A DNA stretch of 64,000 nt. It comes from a virus. The stretch covers positions 7,812 to 71,811 of the IMG/VR virus record IMGVR_UViG_3300036985_002546, one strand, 5' to 3'. The translations under genes and the position numbers were made by a program. The number at the start of each line of letters is the position of its first letter. Within the stretch, counting starts at the first letter, position 1. The notes beneath the pieces are model-generated. The model did not search any database. It worked only from the letters and a program-made list of their open reading frames with translations, and was not told the DNA's origin. Below, in pieces: positions 19,722 to 29,860 of this stretch.

Positions 19722-21563
19722 TTATCTCCTAGTGTCGAAATTTACAGCTAATGATTGATTGACATCAGCTATAGTTAAGTTTGCTGTAACAGACAGGACA
19801 TTTCCATTTAAATCAAATGCTAATTTATTAATCGCATTAATTCTTTCGTCTGAAAGAAGACTATTTCTTACATTGATTTGCCAACCTACAAGTGTTCTAA
19901 TTTTCATTTTAGATCCAATTGGTGCTTGTACTCCGTATGTAGGGTGAAGTGGTAGACTTCCTTGTTCAGTAGAAAATCGTAGTTCAATGGCTTGTTTTAT
20001 ATTAGATAATCCTTCCGTAATATCTAAATCTCCACCATTACTAACCCCTAAATCCAACAAAACAGTTCCACTTAGTTCTGTGTAAGAAATTAGTTTTACA
20101 TCTCTTCCTAATCTAGCTACTAGAGGATCTACTACCAATAAATCTGGTGCTATGGATGAATCTGCCGATGTTGATGCGGAGGGATATAGTATTGGGTCTA
20201 GTGGTCTTAGAACTGTTCGACCATCTCCTGTAGGATCTACATAAGGAGGAGATAATCTGTTTGCAATTACTAATTCTTTCCAACGCGAAGCATCACCTAG
20301 TAGTCTATAAGCTAAACTATAAATATTATCGTTGCCAGAGATAGTAGCTACGCGTTTTGCGTTGCTGACAACAGTGTTAAGTACGTTAGTTGGATCCTTA
20401 CTTTTTCGAGGGAATTGATTACCTAGCGCAGGATCACTGTATGGGTACCGTCTTCTAGCAATTACGGACGTATCTTGATCTGTGTATAATTCGTCAATAT
20501 TAAATATTTGCGTTAAGGATTTAGCGAATTCTTTGGCGGAATGGCTGACGGTACAAGTTGCTGTAAGAGTGTTTGCATTAATTGGACGTGGTGTAGTTCC
20601 GTAACCTCTTGCTGCATAATCCAAATCTTGCAATTCAGCAAAAAATTCGTATGAGGTTTTTGATAATAAAGAAACACTAGATCTTGGCATACCTAGTATT
20701 CGAGTGGCGCCTGTAATGACATTGGTAACTGCGTTTAATACATCTGTACCGTTTGTAAGAAATCTGTTAACCGTTACTTGAGCTTTTGTACTCAGTTTAT
20801 CCATATTATTTTTCATATCAGTGATAGATTTGGATAAACGCTTTGATGACTCACTAAGACGTTCGTTAAATCGAGCTACACCAGTTAACTCTTTGTGAGA
20901 ATCTTGATTATCCTTGTGTGCTTTATCGACAAATTCTAACCTTCTAATCGTTCGCAATTGAATTTCATAGTTAAACGTAATTGGAGATGATGCATCACGA
21001 GGTGTTCTAAAAGACAAAGGTTCTACTTGGTAGAACTCACCTTCTTTACCATTCTGCCATACCATTTTGTATTTATAAGCTAGATTAGGATCTCTCTTAA
21101 TATCCATGTAGTTACGAAATAAATTTCGTAAATTCATAAAATCATCAAAGCCTGTGGTATCTCCTTCTTTGTATGATGCACCATTAGCAGTAGGACGTAC
21201 TCCGGTGGTTCCACGAATAGTAATGGTTTTGTATAAACTTCCTTGGTGTTCTATAAATTGGCTACCATCTTGTGTTGGTTGTATGTTTACTGCAACAGGT
21301 TCATCCATATCAATGCTTTTTGGATTTACAGTAAAAATATACTCTAGTTTAGAGAAGGTTTCTGAATCAGATGGAGTACTGTCAAGACTGGTAGAACTCA
21401 TAGGCATAATGGCTAATGCATAAAGATTATTCGCTCTTCCTGGTGTTGAGATAGACCAGTTTTTTCTTAGGTCATCTGACACACTCGTAGTTGTGGATTG
21501 CCCTTGTAACTGTGTAGGGATTAGTTCAAAACCTTTTTGAGAGTTTAGGTTATCTGTTGTCAT
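19722..21563 (-). CDS. Tail-tube initiator / LysM-like / gp25-like sheath initiator fusion
   Basis: FTVNP..I...E and TITIRGTTG N-terminal domain; DNIYSLAYRLLGDASRWKELVIAN LysM-like motif; G..NIKQAI..R..TE.GSL..HP.YG gp25-like C-terminus. Confidence 0.75.
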   Translation of the reverse strand: MTTDNLNSQKGFELIPTQLQGQSTTTSVSDDLRKNWSISTPGRANNLYALAIMPMSSTSLDSTPSDSETFSKLEYIFTVNPKSIDMDEPVAVNIQPTQDGSQFIEHQGSLYKTITIRGTTGVRPTANGASYKEGDTTGFDDFMNLRNLFRNYMDIKRDPNLAYKYKMVWQNGKEGEFYQVEPLSFRTPRDASSPITFNYEIQLRTIRRLEFVDKAHKDNQDSHKELTGVARFNERLSESSKRLSKSITDMKNNMDKLSTKAQVTVNRFLTNGTDVLNAVTNVITGATRILGMPRSSVSLLSKTSYEFFAELQDLDYAARGYGTTPRPINANTLTATCTVSHSAKEFAKSLTQIFNIDELYTDQDTSVIARRRYPYSDPALGNQFPRKSKDPTNVLNTVVSNAKRVATISGNDNIYSLAYRLLGDASRWKELVIANRLSPPYVDPTGDGRTVLRPLDPILYPSASTSADSSIAPDLLVVDPLVARLGRDVKLISYTELSGTVLLDLGVSNGGDLDITEGLSNIKQAIELRFSTEQGSLPLHPTYGVQAPIGSKMKIRTLVGWQINVRNSLLSDERINAINKLAFDLNGNVLSVTANLTIADVNQSLAVNFDTRR

Positions 21564-21565
21564 GA

Positions 21566-22087
21566 TTATACCAACTTACCTACTATGCTTGGTGGTGTAG
21601 CTGTAACTACAGTTTGTGTGTATGTGTCAAACAGTGTTGCATGTTGTTCCGCGGCTTCAACAGCAGTTATACCCGGAAGGGGTATTGTCATATTACTAAT
21701 CCACGTAGTTTCTAATGCACTGCTTAGTACTGTAGTACCAGCACTACTGTCTGTAACAGTAGAGGAATCAGTAAACAGCATACCAATCCAAAATGTTCCT
21801 AATGCGGAACCAACTCCGTTTGCAACTGAAGCTATATCTGTAGCTTGAAATGCTAATGTCAATAATCCGGATAATGCTGTTTCCGCTAAGTCTATCGAAG
21901 TCTGTATAGGTGTACCTCCACCAGGAGGCGTTGGTGTTGCATCTTTTGCATAGTTTGTGTATACTTTTGCCCACTTTTGACCAGCTTCCACTACATCCTT
22001 TGGCCAGGTATAATTACCTTGGTCGTCTAGTGGTTTACCTTCAAACAACTCTAATAAAGCATCTTTTAGTGCAGTTTTATTCAGCAT
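21566..22087 (-). CDS. Baseplate-associated hypothetical protein (possible spike tip/chaperone)
   Basis: Coupled to the spike gene (TAATG); position only. Confidence 0.5.
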   Translation of the reverse strand: MLNKTALKDALLELFEGKPLDDQGNYTWPKDVVEAGQKWAKVYTNYAKDATPTPPGGGTPIQTSIDLAETALSGLLTLAFQATDIASVANGVGSALGTFWIGMLFTDSSTVTDSSAGTTVLSSALETTWISNMTIPLPGITAVEAAEQHATLFDTYTQTVVTATPPSIVGKLV

Positions 22088-23136
22088 TATGCTTTATCTT
22101 TCTTTACAAATACAAACTGTGAAAGATGATTTTGTAATTCTAACTTCATACTTCCAAAAACATCAATATTTAATGGAACACTTGAAGTTCCTAACGGAGT
22201 AGATACAGTTATCAGCATTATATTGGTAATTAACTTATCTAAAAATGTATTCAGCAAATCACCCAGCACAGCGTGTTGATCTGCATCCATACCCAGCTTA
22301 ATATCGCCTTGTGGGGTGGATACGTTAACATTACCACGTTGTGCGGTTAAATTTACCTCTTCTCCAGCACAAGCAGATACAGATGTTTGTGTAAGCTTTA
22401 ATGACGTATTAGAAGTATTTCTAGATTGAGGTTGTTCATTTGGTCCCCAAAGGAACTCAGGTTCGTTTGGATCTCCTTTAACAAAAGGATTAAAGTTAAC
22501 CTCAAACTCCCTTTCAGGTTTCATAGAAACCCGAATGTCCCCTCCTACGGCTTCAGGTTTACGTGTATTACCTGAAGTTTTTGGTCTATTGGCTTCTTGT
22601 GTATCAACTAGTATTGAACCCTTACTTGTTGTAACTACTCTAGTACCTTGAAATCGTTTAGCAAATCTACGACCTTCGGTAACTATTGCTGCATCGGTTT
22701 TATTCGCTGGGTGTGGCCACCACGTTACCATAAAAGGTGACGCTATGTTTCCTCCGATAAAGTCCACAACGCACCAATCACCATTGTATCTAGTAGGATT
22801 CGTCTCCTTTTCAGTTTCGGCATCATCAATTGTACCCGTAGTGCCTCTCGGTAACTCTTCTTCATAGTTATCAAAACCTGTAGATCCACTTGGGGTTATT
22901 GTGACATTATCAATAATCCACGGACTATCTGAACCGTCGTTAACAACTAATACACGTGCTTGTGCGTGTGACCCAAAGCCATCTCTAGCATTAGAACTTG
23001 ATGTATTGTGTGGATCGTTGGATTTGAATACATTCAGCACTACACCCAACACAGGGTAGGTCACATTCATATGACCGTAATCACTAGCGTTGAAATTTAG
23101 GCCACTAGGTATTACAGTTCCGTCAATCGTTCTCAT
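22087..23136 (-). CDS. Baseplate central spike (gpV/gp5 OB-fold type)
   Basis: GDWCVVDFIGG....P OB-fold motif, beta-repeat C-terminus, AVLGD.L and PLGTSSVPLN end. Confidence 0.7.
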   Translation of the reverse strand: MRTIDGTVIPSGLNFNASDYGHMNVTYPVLGVVLNVFKSNDPHNTSSSNARDGFGSHAQARVLVVNDGSDSPWIIDNVTITPSGSTGFDNYEEELPRGTTGTIDDAETEKETNPTRYNGDWCVVDFIGGNIASPFMVTWWPHPANKTDAAIVTEGRRFAKRFQGTRVVTTSKGSILVDTQEANRPKTSGNTRKPEAVGGDIRVSMKPEREFEVNFNPFVKGDPNEPEFLWGPNEQPQSRNTSNTSLKLTQTSVSACAGEEVNLTAQRGNVNVSTPQGDIKLGMDADQHAVLGDLLNTFLDKLITNIMLITVSTPLGTSSVPLNIDVFGSMKLELQNHLSQFVFVKKDKA

Positions 23137-25889
23137 TATAAAGTCACCTTAGAATTAGGATCTGATGATAGTCCTACTTCTTGTTCAGCACGTGGGTAAT
23201 TTTGTACCCAGTTATCGCAGTAACTTTGAGCGTTAGGACTAATCACTCTAGGATCAAACCCTTGTTTTGCTGCATCATTCCAAGTTTTACTTCCACTACG
23301 CCAACCTACATATGCTAAACGAAGATGTTGATCTAGGGGTAATGGGTTTGGTTTACCATTGAGTGATTTGTTGATGGTAGTGAGACGTTGTCGCATTATC
23401 TCTGTTCCTAGCATGATATTAGTGTTTGGGTCATATAGGTCTTCAACACTAACCCCATATTTTGCCATTCTCTGATACTCTGACAACGCATTAATCTGCA
23501 TCAATCCATGACTTTGTTCATTGGACGAAATATTAGGTGGTGGGCTAATTTGTCCATTACTTTCAATTAAAATAGTATTTATCACCCAGACTAAATCTAG
23601 TTTTCTCGCTAAAGCCCACTTTCGTGCTATCTCTAGTACTTCTTTAGTAATGTGTCCCCCTTTACCTTTACTCTTGGTTGGCTTTTGCTTGGCTACAAGT
23701 TTAGGCGGTTGTGGTGCATCTGGAATATCAGCTTTTACACCATCTGGAATAGTTGACTTTCCGTTATAAGCTAACTCGTAACCTACGTTAGAATTATTAC
23801 TTACCAAACGCATCATTTCATCAGTTTCAATAGATGCTGTATTACTAGGACCGTTTGTACCCACATAGGCCATAGTATCATATACTCTAAACGCTTGTGC
23901 AAGTCGTCCAGTACTAGTTCTATTTCCACTTTTATTTCTAATTAATGTTTTACCTTGTGTAAAGAACATAGGGTATACATAGGACAAATACGGATCATTT
24001 CGTTGTCCGCGAGACACTTCTACCGTAGTCTGTAGTATACCTGCGTTAGATCCTGCTGTATACTGCCACGTATGATTTACTGAATCAACATAGTAACTTT
24101 CATGTCTACTTTCCCAATCCAATCTATACCCTACACGTATCTCAGGCATACCACGTAAAGTAATGGTTCCATTTAAGTATTCCACATTATGCTGATACCA
24201 ATGGTCTAGTAGCAGTGTCCACCGAGCTAAATTTTTACGAGGAAATGCGAAATCAGCATCTCCAGGATACACTGCAAACTCAGTTGGTATTTCCTTAGTT
24301 CTCAAACCATGACGTGCTATAGAAATCTGATTAACGATGGGAGAAAAACTAGATAACATTTCTCTCCAATACGTCTCTTGAACTCCTGGAATACGTGCAA
24401 ATATTTGGTGCAAGTTAAATACATGCTCATCACTACGTCCAAGCTTAACGTTGGAGACGTCACCGTTATCAATTTTAACAATATCAATATGTTTGATAGG
24501 TTTTTGTGACTTATCAAACCTATTTTTCATAGGGTGTAGTGGCTGTTTATACTCGTAAGTTTTTCGTCCTGATTGGTTACTTGGTGTAGCAAAAACTGGG
24601 CCAAGTAATATTAAACTAGAAGTATTAGACTCTATTGGATTCGAGTTTGCACTAGAAACTAAACCACCCAAATCTATTGACTCTACAACAGAGTAGGGAT
24701 ATTCTCTAAAAATTACAGAAGGTTGGTACTGGACTGCTGGAACGGTAATGCCAAACTCGCCCATACCGTTGGTGTTTATACCTAATTCGTCTGGTTCCGT
24801 AGAATAGGAATCACAATCAGCTAAACCACCACCAGGACCAATAGGTCTTAAATCGAAGATTAATTCATTGATAGTCTCGTGTGCGTGGCCATACAGATAC
24901 TGGGCTAGCGTAGGATTAGCCATGGTCCACATAGCTTCGTTGGTTCTGTAACCATCAATAGCTAGGTGTTCTATAAAATCTAGATTTAAAAGGTCAAATA
25001 AACCTGTAGGTGATGTAGGATCTGCTGATCTCTTAATTAGAGTTCTTAGTGCGTACAAGTCAGCGTTACCAGATAAATCTAACGCAGCTGCGTATTGCTC
25101 TTGATTTACTACTGATTGAGAATCTTCAGCTTTCTCTTTTTGTTCAGTAAGTTTGTTTACGTACTTAAATAATGCGTCAATTTCCTGATCAATTATAGTG
25201 GGATCCATTCCTAATGACGCAATAAGTTTTCTTACGTTATCAGGTAACTGATCTTTAGCTTGCTGAATTTTATCTTGACGTTTTGTTAATAAAAATGCGC
25301 GTCTAGATGCTGCGTAACTCGTTGGTAAATTCCACTGTTGTGCAAAACCTAGGATAATTTGTAGACAATTTCGTAGAAAATCTGCTGGAGAACCTGAAAT
25401 CTGCATACCCGCTTGTCGTAACGCAGTACCAAAACCAGACGACTGTCCAATAATAGCGGTTCCTTTGTAGAGATTAATTAAATCATCTAGTTTGGAACGC
25501 ATCATATCATTAAAATACAAGCTAGTTTTTTCAATAGCTTTTTGGAAGTCAGAACCTATAACAATGTAGCGTGTAATCATACCTCCGTTGCTATCCACAG
25601 ATTCACTACGCTCGATTCTATCAATATATCCGAACATTGTTCGAACGAACCCACGCTTCCCATCACCTGGATCGAAATAAATGTTAACTACATCATCCGG
25701 AGACAACAATCCCATGTAGTTCTGTGTTGGGATTAAGTGTACTTGAAACTTACCACTACTTTTTATAGACTTACTTGTAGTAACTTGTACTACATCTTTT
25801 GTTAAATCCACCATACCGTAGACGTGTGAGTCTACGCGAACAATAACACGTGTATGTTGGTATTCAGTTTTAGGCGCGGTTAAAGGCAT
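23136..25889 (-). CDS. Baseplate hub protein with C-terminal lytic transglycosylase (SLT) domain
   Basis: Hub motifs MFGYIDRI, GTITLRG.PEIRVG, YYVDSV.H; SLT motifs LIESNG, GLMQI, LYDP..NI..G. Confidence 0.8.
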   Translation of the reverse strand: MPLTAPKTEYQHTRVIVRVDSHVYGMVDLTKDVVQVTTSKSIKSSGKFQVHLIPTQNYMGLLSPDDVVNIYFDPGDGKRGFVRTMFGYIDRIERSESVDSNGGMITRYIVIGSDFQKAIEKTSLYFNDMMRSKLDDLINLYKGTAIIGQSSGFGTALRQAGMQISGSPADFLRNCLQIILGFAQQWNLPTSYAASRRAFLLTKRQDKIQQAKDQLPDNVRKLIASLGMDPTIIDQEIDALFKYVNKLTEQKEKAEDSQSVVNQEQYAAALDLSGNADLYALRTLIKRSADPTSPTGLFDLLNLDFIEHLAIDGYRTNEAMWTMANPTLAQYLYGHAHETINELIFDLRPIGPGGGLADCDSYSTEPDELGINTNGMGEFGITVPAVQYQPSVIFREYPYSVVESIDLGGLVSSANSNPIESNTSSLILLGPVFATPSNQSGRKTYEYKQPLHPMKNRFDKSQKPIKHIDIVKIDNGDVSNVKLGRSDEHVFNLHQIFARIPGVQETYWREMLSSFSPIVNQISIARHGLRTKEIPTEFAVYPGDADFAFPRKNLARWTLLLDHWYQHNVEYLNGTITLRGMPEIRVGYRLDWESRHESYYVDSVNHTWQYTAGSNAGILQTTVEVSRGQRNDPYLSYVYPMFFTQGKTLIRNKSGNRTSTGRLAQAFRVYDTMAYVGTNGPSNTASIETDEMMRLVSNNSNVGYELAYNGKSTIPDGVKADIPDAPQPPKLVAKQKPTKSKGKGGHITKEVLEIARKWALARKLDLVWVINTILIESNGQISPPPNISSNEQSHGLMQINALSEYQRMAKYGVSVEDLYDPNTNIMLGTEIMRQRLTTINKSLNGKPNPLPLDQHLRLAYVGWRSGSKTWNDAAKQGFDPRVISPNAQSYCDNWVQNYPRAEQEVGLSSDPNSKVTL

Positions 25890-25894
25890 ATGTA

Positions 25895-27964
25895 TTATTG
25901 ACGTCCTGGTTGATTTTTAGTCCAAGGATTCTTGTTTCGATAAGGAACAGACCCCATATTAACACCTGCATTTAATCCAACACCTACTGCATGATACACT
26001 AGGTTAGGATCCATGTTTGATGATTCTGGTACACTAGTCATATTACCACTAAAGGAACCAACAGCTGATGTTAAATCTTCCAGAGTTTTTTGTAGTTTAG
26101 TCAAATCTGATTCAACACTTTGAAATCGTTTAGCTTTTGTTGTAGCCTGAGTAACTTCTTCCGGAGTAAACTCTGTTCTAGGTCCTTGTAGAGGCCCTAG
26201 ATAACTACGTGCAGAACGAGCTACATCATTATCTCGTTGTATAGCAGCTAGTTGTTCTGGATTTAAATTACCAGGATTATCTGTTACTAGCTTTCTTCTC
26301 TTGCTTTCTAGTCTATCAAGAGCTTCAGTGTCTCCAATTCTTAAAGCTACAGCTTCTTGCTTCTTGTAGTGTTCTAATCGTCGTTGAACTAACTCTTCGT
26401 TAGGACCACCCCTAGCCCCAACAAACTTAAGAATGCCGTCAAGAATATCTTCTTGTACGTCAGTCATATATTCAAACATAGGAGCAGCATCTTCACCTAA
26501 CATGAAACTGCGGTCAAACTTTTGTGCCATTTTTTCTAGGTGTGTACCGGAATCCACCATAGCTTGTCTAGCTTTTTGTTCTAATGTTCCTTGATTATCC
26601 TCAATTACTTTTAATAGTTGCTTTTCAGTTTCTTCTGAAGCATCCCCACTTTCATAGATTTTCTGCAACAAGTCACCCTGTTGCATAGTAAACCCACCCT
26701 GCTGTCGTAGCATCAAAGACCGTACACCTTTTTGCTCAAAACCCGCACCTGGAGCTATTGTGTATAGGTTTTTCATTACTTGACGGAATTTATCTATTGC
26801 GTCTGTGCCTTTTTTACCTCCAAATAAACCCTCACCCATTTCGTATTCAGATTTCATGTAACTCTTTGTAGAACCTGGTAAACCATACCCAGTAGCTAGC
26901 ATACGCATCAAAGACTTACCCTCTTCACCACCGCCAGGATTTCGAACCATCTCGTCAAATGTATCTAATAAGTTAGTTGCTCGTTCGCCTTTAGCTCCTG
27001 TAAATCCAGCTTTGTTAAACAGTGCAGCAAGATTACCAATACCCTCCAAATTGACGTCACCAGCCATATATTTGACTTGTTTTTGAGCTAGCTGGTCAAC
27101 ACCTTTCATAAATTCTGGTGCTAGAGCTTTAGGTAACGTAGATGCGATTGCTGCTGCGTGTAATTTAGCTATAGCTTTTTCGCCAGTATCGGTTTCTCCT
27201 TGTTGCTGACCAAACTGATAGCCACTTAGACGTAATGTCTTCATAAGTTCGGCTACATCGCTCTCATTCATGCCGGTAGCACGTGTACCTGTCATCAATG
27301 CGCGGGTAGCGTTAGTACCTGTAACTCTAGCTGCGATATCTTGTAAATCAGCGCGATCTTGGATGTTGTAGCCAAGATTAGCACCTTCACCTGTTTCCAC
27401 AGCTCTATTACGTAAATTCCCTAACCCTAAACCAATTGATTTTCCAAATGATTTTTGCGTAGCTAAAAAGGTTTCATATCCTCTAGACAAACCACCCATG
27501 GCCATACCAGCGCCTGCACCAGCCAACAGTCCTAGTATGGGACCACCAATTTTACCAATTGCACCAAGACCACTAAATAAACCTCCTCCACCACCTCCAC
27601 CTCCTCCAGTAGCCCCTCCACCACCCCCTCTACCACCAGACAAAGCTTTTGAAATTCTCTGTATTAGAGGTACTTGCCGTGTTTGTTCCTTAGTGATTAC
27701 TTTTGCAGCATCTGATTGTTTTTTTAGTTCTTTAGATATATGAGTTTGTGCTTTTTGAGCTTTAAGTATATCCGGTAGATTTTCTGAGTAGCCATTACCT
27801 AGAATGTCATTCTGCGTCTTAAGTTCTTTTGCTTGTCGTACACGTCGTTTATGTTGTCTATCTTCAATAGTAACAGTTCTACCCGCAGCTTTTTCTAACT
27901 CATTAATAGCACGACGTATTTCAGAAATATCTGCATTAACTTTAAGCTTGAATTGCGACTCCAT
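25895..27964 (-). CDS. Tape measure protein
   Basis: Helical Ala/Gly/Leu-rich protein between tail chaperones and hub. Confidence 0.75.
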   Translation of the reverse strand: MESQFKLKVNADISEIRRAINELEKAAGRTVTIEDRQHKRRVRQAKELKTQNDILGNGYSENLPDILKAQKAQTHISKELKKQSDAAKVITKEQTRQVPLIQRISKALSGGRGGGGGATGGGGGGGGGLFSGLGAIGKIGGPILGLLAGAGAGMAMGGLSRGYETFLATQKSFGKSIGLGLGNLRNRAVETGEGANLGYNIQDRADLQDIAARVTGTNATRALMTGTRATGMNESDVAELMKTLRLSGYQFGQQQGETDTGEKAIAKLHAAAIASTLPKALAPEFMKGVDQLAQKQVKYMAGDVNLEGIGNLAALFNKAGFTGAKGERATNLLDTFDEMVRNPGGGEEGKSLMRMLATGYGLPGSTKSYMKSEYEMGEGLFGGKKGTDAIDKFRQVMKNLYTIAPGAGFEQKGVRSLMLRQQGGFTMQQGDLLQKIYESGDASEETEKQLLKVIEDNQGTLEQKARQAMVDSGTHLEKMAQKFDRSFMLGEDAAPMFEYMTDVQEDILDGILKFVGARGGPNEELVQRRLEHYKKQEAVALRIGDTEALDRLESKRRKLVTDNPGNLNPEQLAAIQRDNDVARSARSYLGPLQGPRTEFTPEEVTQATTKAKRFQSVESDLTKLQKTLEDLTSAVGSFSGNMTSVPESSNMDPNLVYHAVGVGLNAGVNMGSVPYRNKNPWTKNQPGRQ

Positions 27965-27965
27965 G

Positions 27966-28427
27966 TTATGTACCTAATATATCTATCCATTCATCAGATT
28001 TTTTGGATGATGCAGAAGTTCCTAACGTACTTAGGATTTTTTGTTTTTCTTTACCTAGCTTTTTTTCGATATTATTCTTTTCTTTTTCAGCAGGAGACAT
28101 ACCTTCTGTTAAGTCTGGAGTAAGACCAGCTGACAGCTCGGCTTCCCATTTATCAATCAAAGGATCTCCTGTGTCAGAAAACACATAATCTCCGTTATTA
28201 GCCAGTACTTTTCGTGCTTCTATTGGATTTTCTATGTAGTAATCTTCGTAAAACTCAACAAGTAAGTCTGAGATTGTAGAATTTTGTGCAGCAGCGTCAG
28301 TCCAAGGAAGCTTGTACTTCTTTACCCACCACAGCCTTAAGGACGTTTCCAGCGTCTGTTCCCTGAGATTTTTCGCTGCTGTTTTGCGCGCCCACGCCAC
28401 CAGATCCGTTAGTTCCTCCTCCTCCAC
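27966..28427 (-). CDS. Tail assembly chaperone, second (GT-like) frame
   Basis: Overlaps the upstream chaperone by 131 nt in the +1 frame; WW.KKY.LP and GDPLIDKWE; directly precedes tape measure. Confidence 0.7.
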   Translation of the reverse strand: MEEEELTDLVAWARKTAAKNLREQTLETSLRLWWVKKYKLPWTDAAAQNSTISDLLVEFYEDYYIENPIEARKVLANNGDYVFSDTGDPLIDKWEAELSAGLTPDLTEGMSPAEKEKNNIEKKLGKEKQKILSTLGTSASSKKSDEWIDILGT

Positions 28428-28800
28428 TTTTAAGACGAAGCTCGTGGTTTACCACTCGCTCGTATACCTCCCGCACTAACTGCATGTCATTCAGATTATT
28501 GAAATCAAACCACATTGGTTTCTGAATTAAAACAAGCTCCAAATGAGCTAACATTGTGTTGGTAAATTCAGTGTCTGCGGTAATACCTTGTCCTGTAGGT
28601 TCACCAGCATCGTCTCTAACACAATGCATGCCACCACACCGCTGAGAAACATTTACGCCTAATTTAGCCTTATCGTTTACTGTTAAACGTTTTGCAGTAA
28701 ATTGACCTTCTAACATCTGACCAGTATCTTGATCTTTATACTGAAAGTTAAATGTTATTAAGTTGTGCGGTGCGATTGGAACTTGACTTTTAATGTTCAT
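28297..28800 (-). CDS. Tail assembly chaperone (G-like)
   Basis: Follows tail tube; G.FT.KRL, A.L...L...P.WF. Confidence 0.75.
   Translation of the reverse strand: MNIKSQVPIAPHNLITFNFQYKDQDTGQMLEGQFTAKRLTVNDKAKLGVNVSQRCGGMHCVRDDAGEPTGQGITADTEFTNTMLAHLELVLIQKPMWFDFNNLNDMQLVREVYERVVNHELRLKSGGGGTNGSGGVGAQNSSEKSQGTDAGNVLKAVVGKEVQASLD
28429..28440 (-). promoter_or_regulatory. Candidate +1 programmed frameshift site CTT CGT CTT AAA
   Basis: The +1 frame has TAA at 28451..28449 and is then open into 27966..28427; the GTG at 28427 has no good RBS. Confidence 0.45.
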
Positions 28801-28830
28801 TTCTTAGTCCTCACTTGTTTGTTGTTTTAC

Positions 28831-29268
28831 TTACCCGTTAACAGGTGCGTCAGATTCATCCATCATTTTGATTGTTACGAAGTTGACATTCTCTGACACG
28901 ATGCCACGTGCTGTAATGTCAAAACTGTGTTCTTGTGCTTTGCAGTTTAGGAAGTTTGCCATGGTCTCACCGGTCATACGATCTTGTACAGAGCAGGTTA
29001 AATCACCTGATGTTAAGATCGTATCCATGTTGTTACGCGGGAAAATGGATTGTTTCTTTAAGGAATTCCCTATGATGCGAAAGATTTGTGCAGCAAGAGT
29101 AGCCCGATACGCAACTGGAACGAATTCTTTTACTTGAAGTAAATCGAGTACTTCAACAGGTTCGTAGTCAATTGATTCGGAACCATTTACACCAGATGCA
29201 TACCCAATTTCGTTTTGGTTGATTTTAAAAATTGCTCGTGCGCCAGAAAAAACAGGTGTGGAAGCCAT
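28831..29268 (-). CDS. Tail tube protein
   Basis: 145 aa; SGARA, IGYA.GV...E...YEPV..L......EFVP; strong RBS AAGGAG; between sheath and chaperones. Confidence 0.85.
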   Translation of the reverse strand: MASTPVFSGARAIFKINQNEIGYASGVNGSESIDYEPVEVLDLLQVKEFVPVAYRATLAAQIFRIIGNSLKKQSIFPRNNMDTILTSGDLTCSVQDRMTGETMANFLNCKAQEHSFDITARGIVSENVNFVTIKMMDESDAPVNG

Positions 29269-29427
29269 ACTACAATCTCCTTGTATTTATGCGTTAATGG
29301 AGTGTTCTCAACACAACGCCTTGAGTTGGCTTATAGTATTAAAACGGTATAGAACACCTTCTATACTGTTATGAGTCATTCTACTTAGAATAGACTACTA
29401 ATAATTTAACGTAGTATTGCGTATAAG

Positions 29428-29778
29428 TCAATACTTCCTAGACCACCAATTAGTAAAAGGTTGGTCATATTGATAAATAACTGTAGATTTAGTCTCAACG
29501 TTTAATTTAGTGTTTGGTATAGTAATTGCACTTAAAAATTTTTTTAGTTCCACATAAACCATTGACGCAGACTTAAAATCCTCAACGTTCCCACCATGAT
29601 CGGGATGCAATTCTTGTGCCAACTTTTTCCAATTCTTATTTATACGCTCTTTTAATTCACATAAATAAAGTGTAGCTAATTCAAATGATATAGCTGTTAG
29701 GATACAATCTATATCATCATTGGAAAATCCTAGTTTACTACACCAAACTTCTTGTTCTTTGTTTTTAAGTTTAAACAT
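29428..29778 (-). CDS. J-domain (DnaJ-like) protein
   Basis: INKNWKKLAQELHPDHGGNVEDFK: helix II, HPD motif, helix III. Confidence 0.8.
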   Translation of the reverse strand: MFKLKNKEQEVWCSKLGFSNDDIDCILTAISFELATLYLCELKERINKNWKKLAQELHPDHGGNVEDFKSASMVYVELKKFLSAITIPNTKLNVETKSTVIYQYDQPFTNWWSRKY

Positions 29779-29784
29779 GTTTAT

Positions 29785-29821
29785 AAAAAGCTAAAGCCGC
29801 TTTGTGTTAGAAAGCGGCTTT
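29785..29821 (-). terminator. Probable intrinsic terminator
   Basis: Perfect 11-bp stem AAAGCCGCTTT / 7-nt loop / AAAGCGGCTTT followed by AGCTTTTTA on the minus strand. Confidence 0.7.
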
Positions 29822-29860
29822 GTTACTCCTTCTACGTGTGGTAGATGAGCTATACTATTA

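Noticed and set aside
27575-27640. GGA/GGT-rich microsatellite-like stretch in the tape measure gene
   Set aside because: Encodes an ordinary poly-Gly linker in frame
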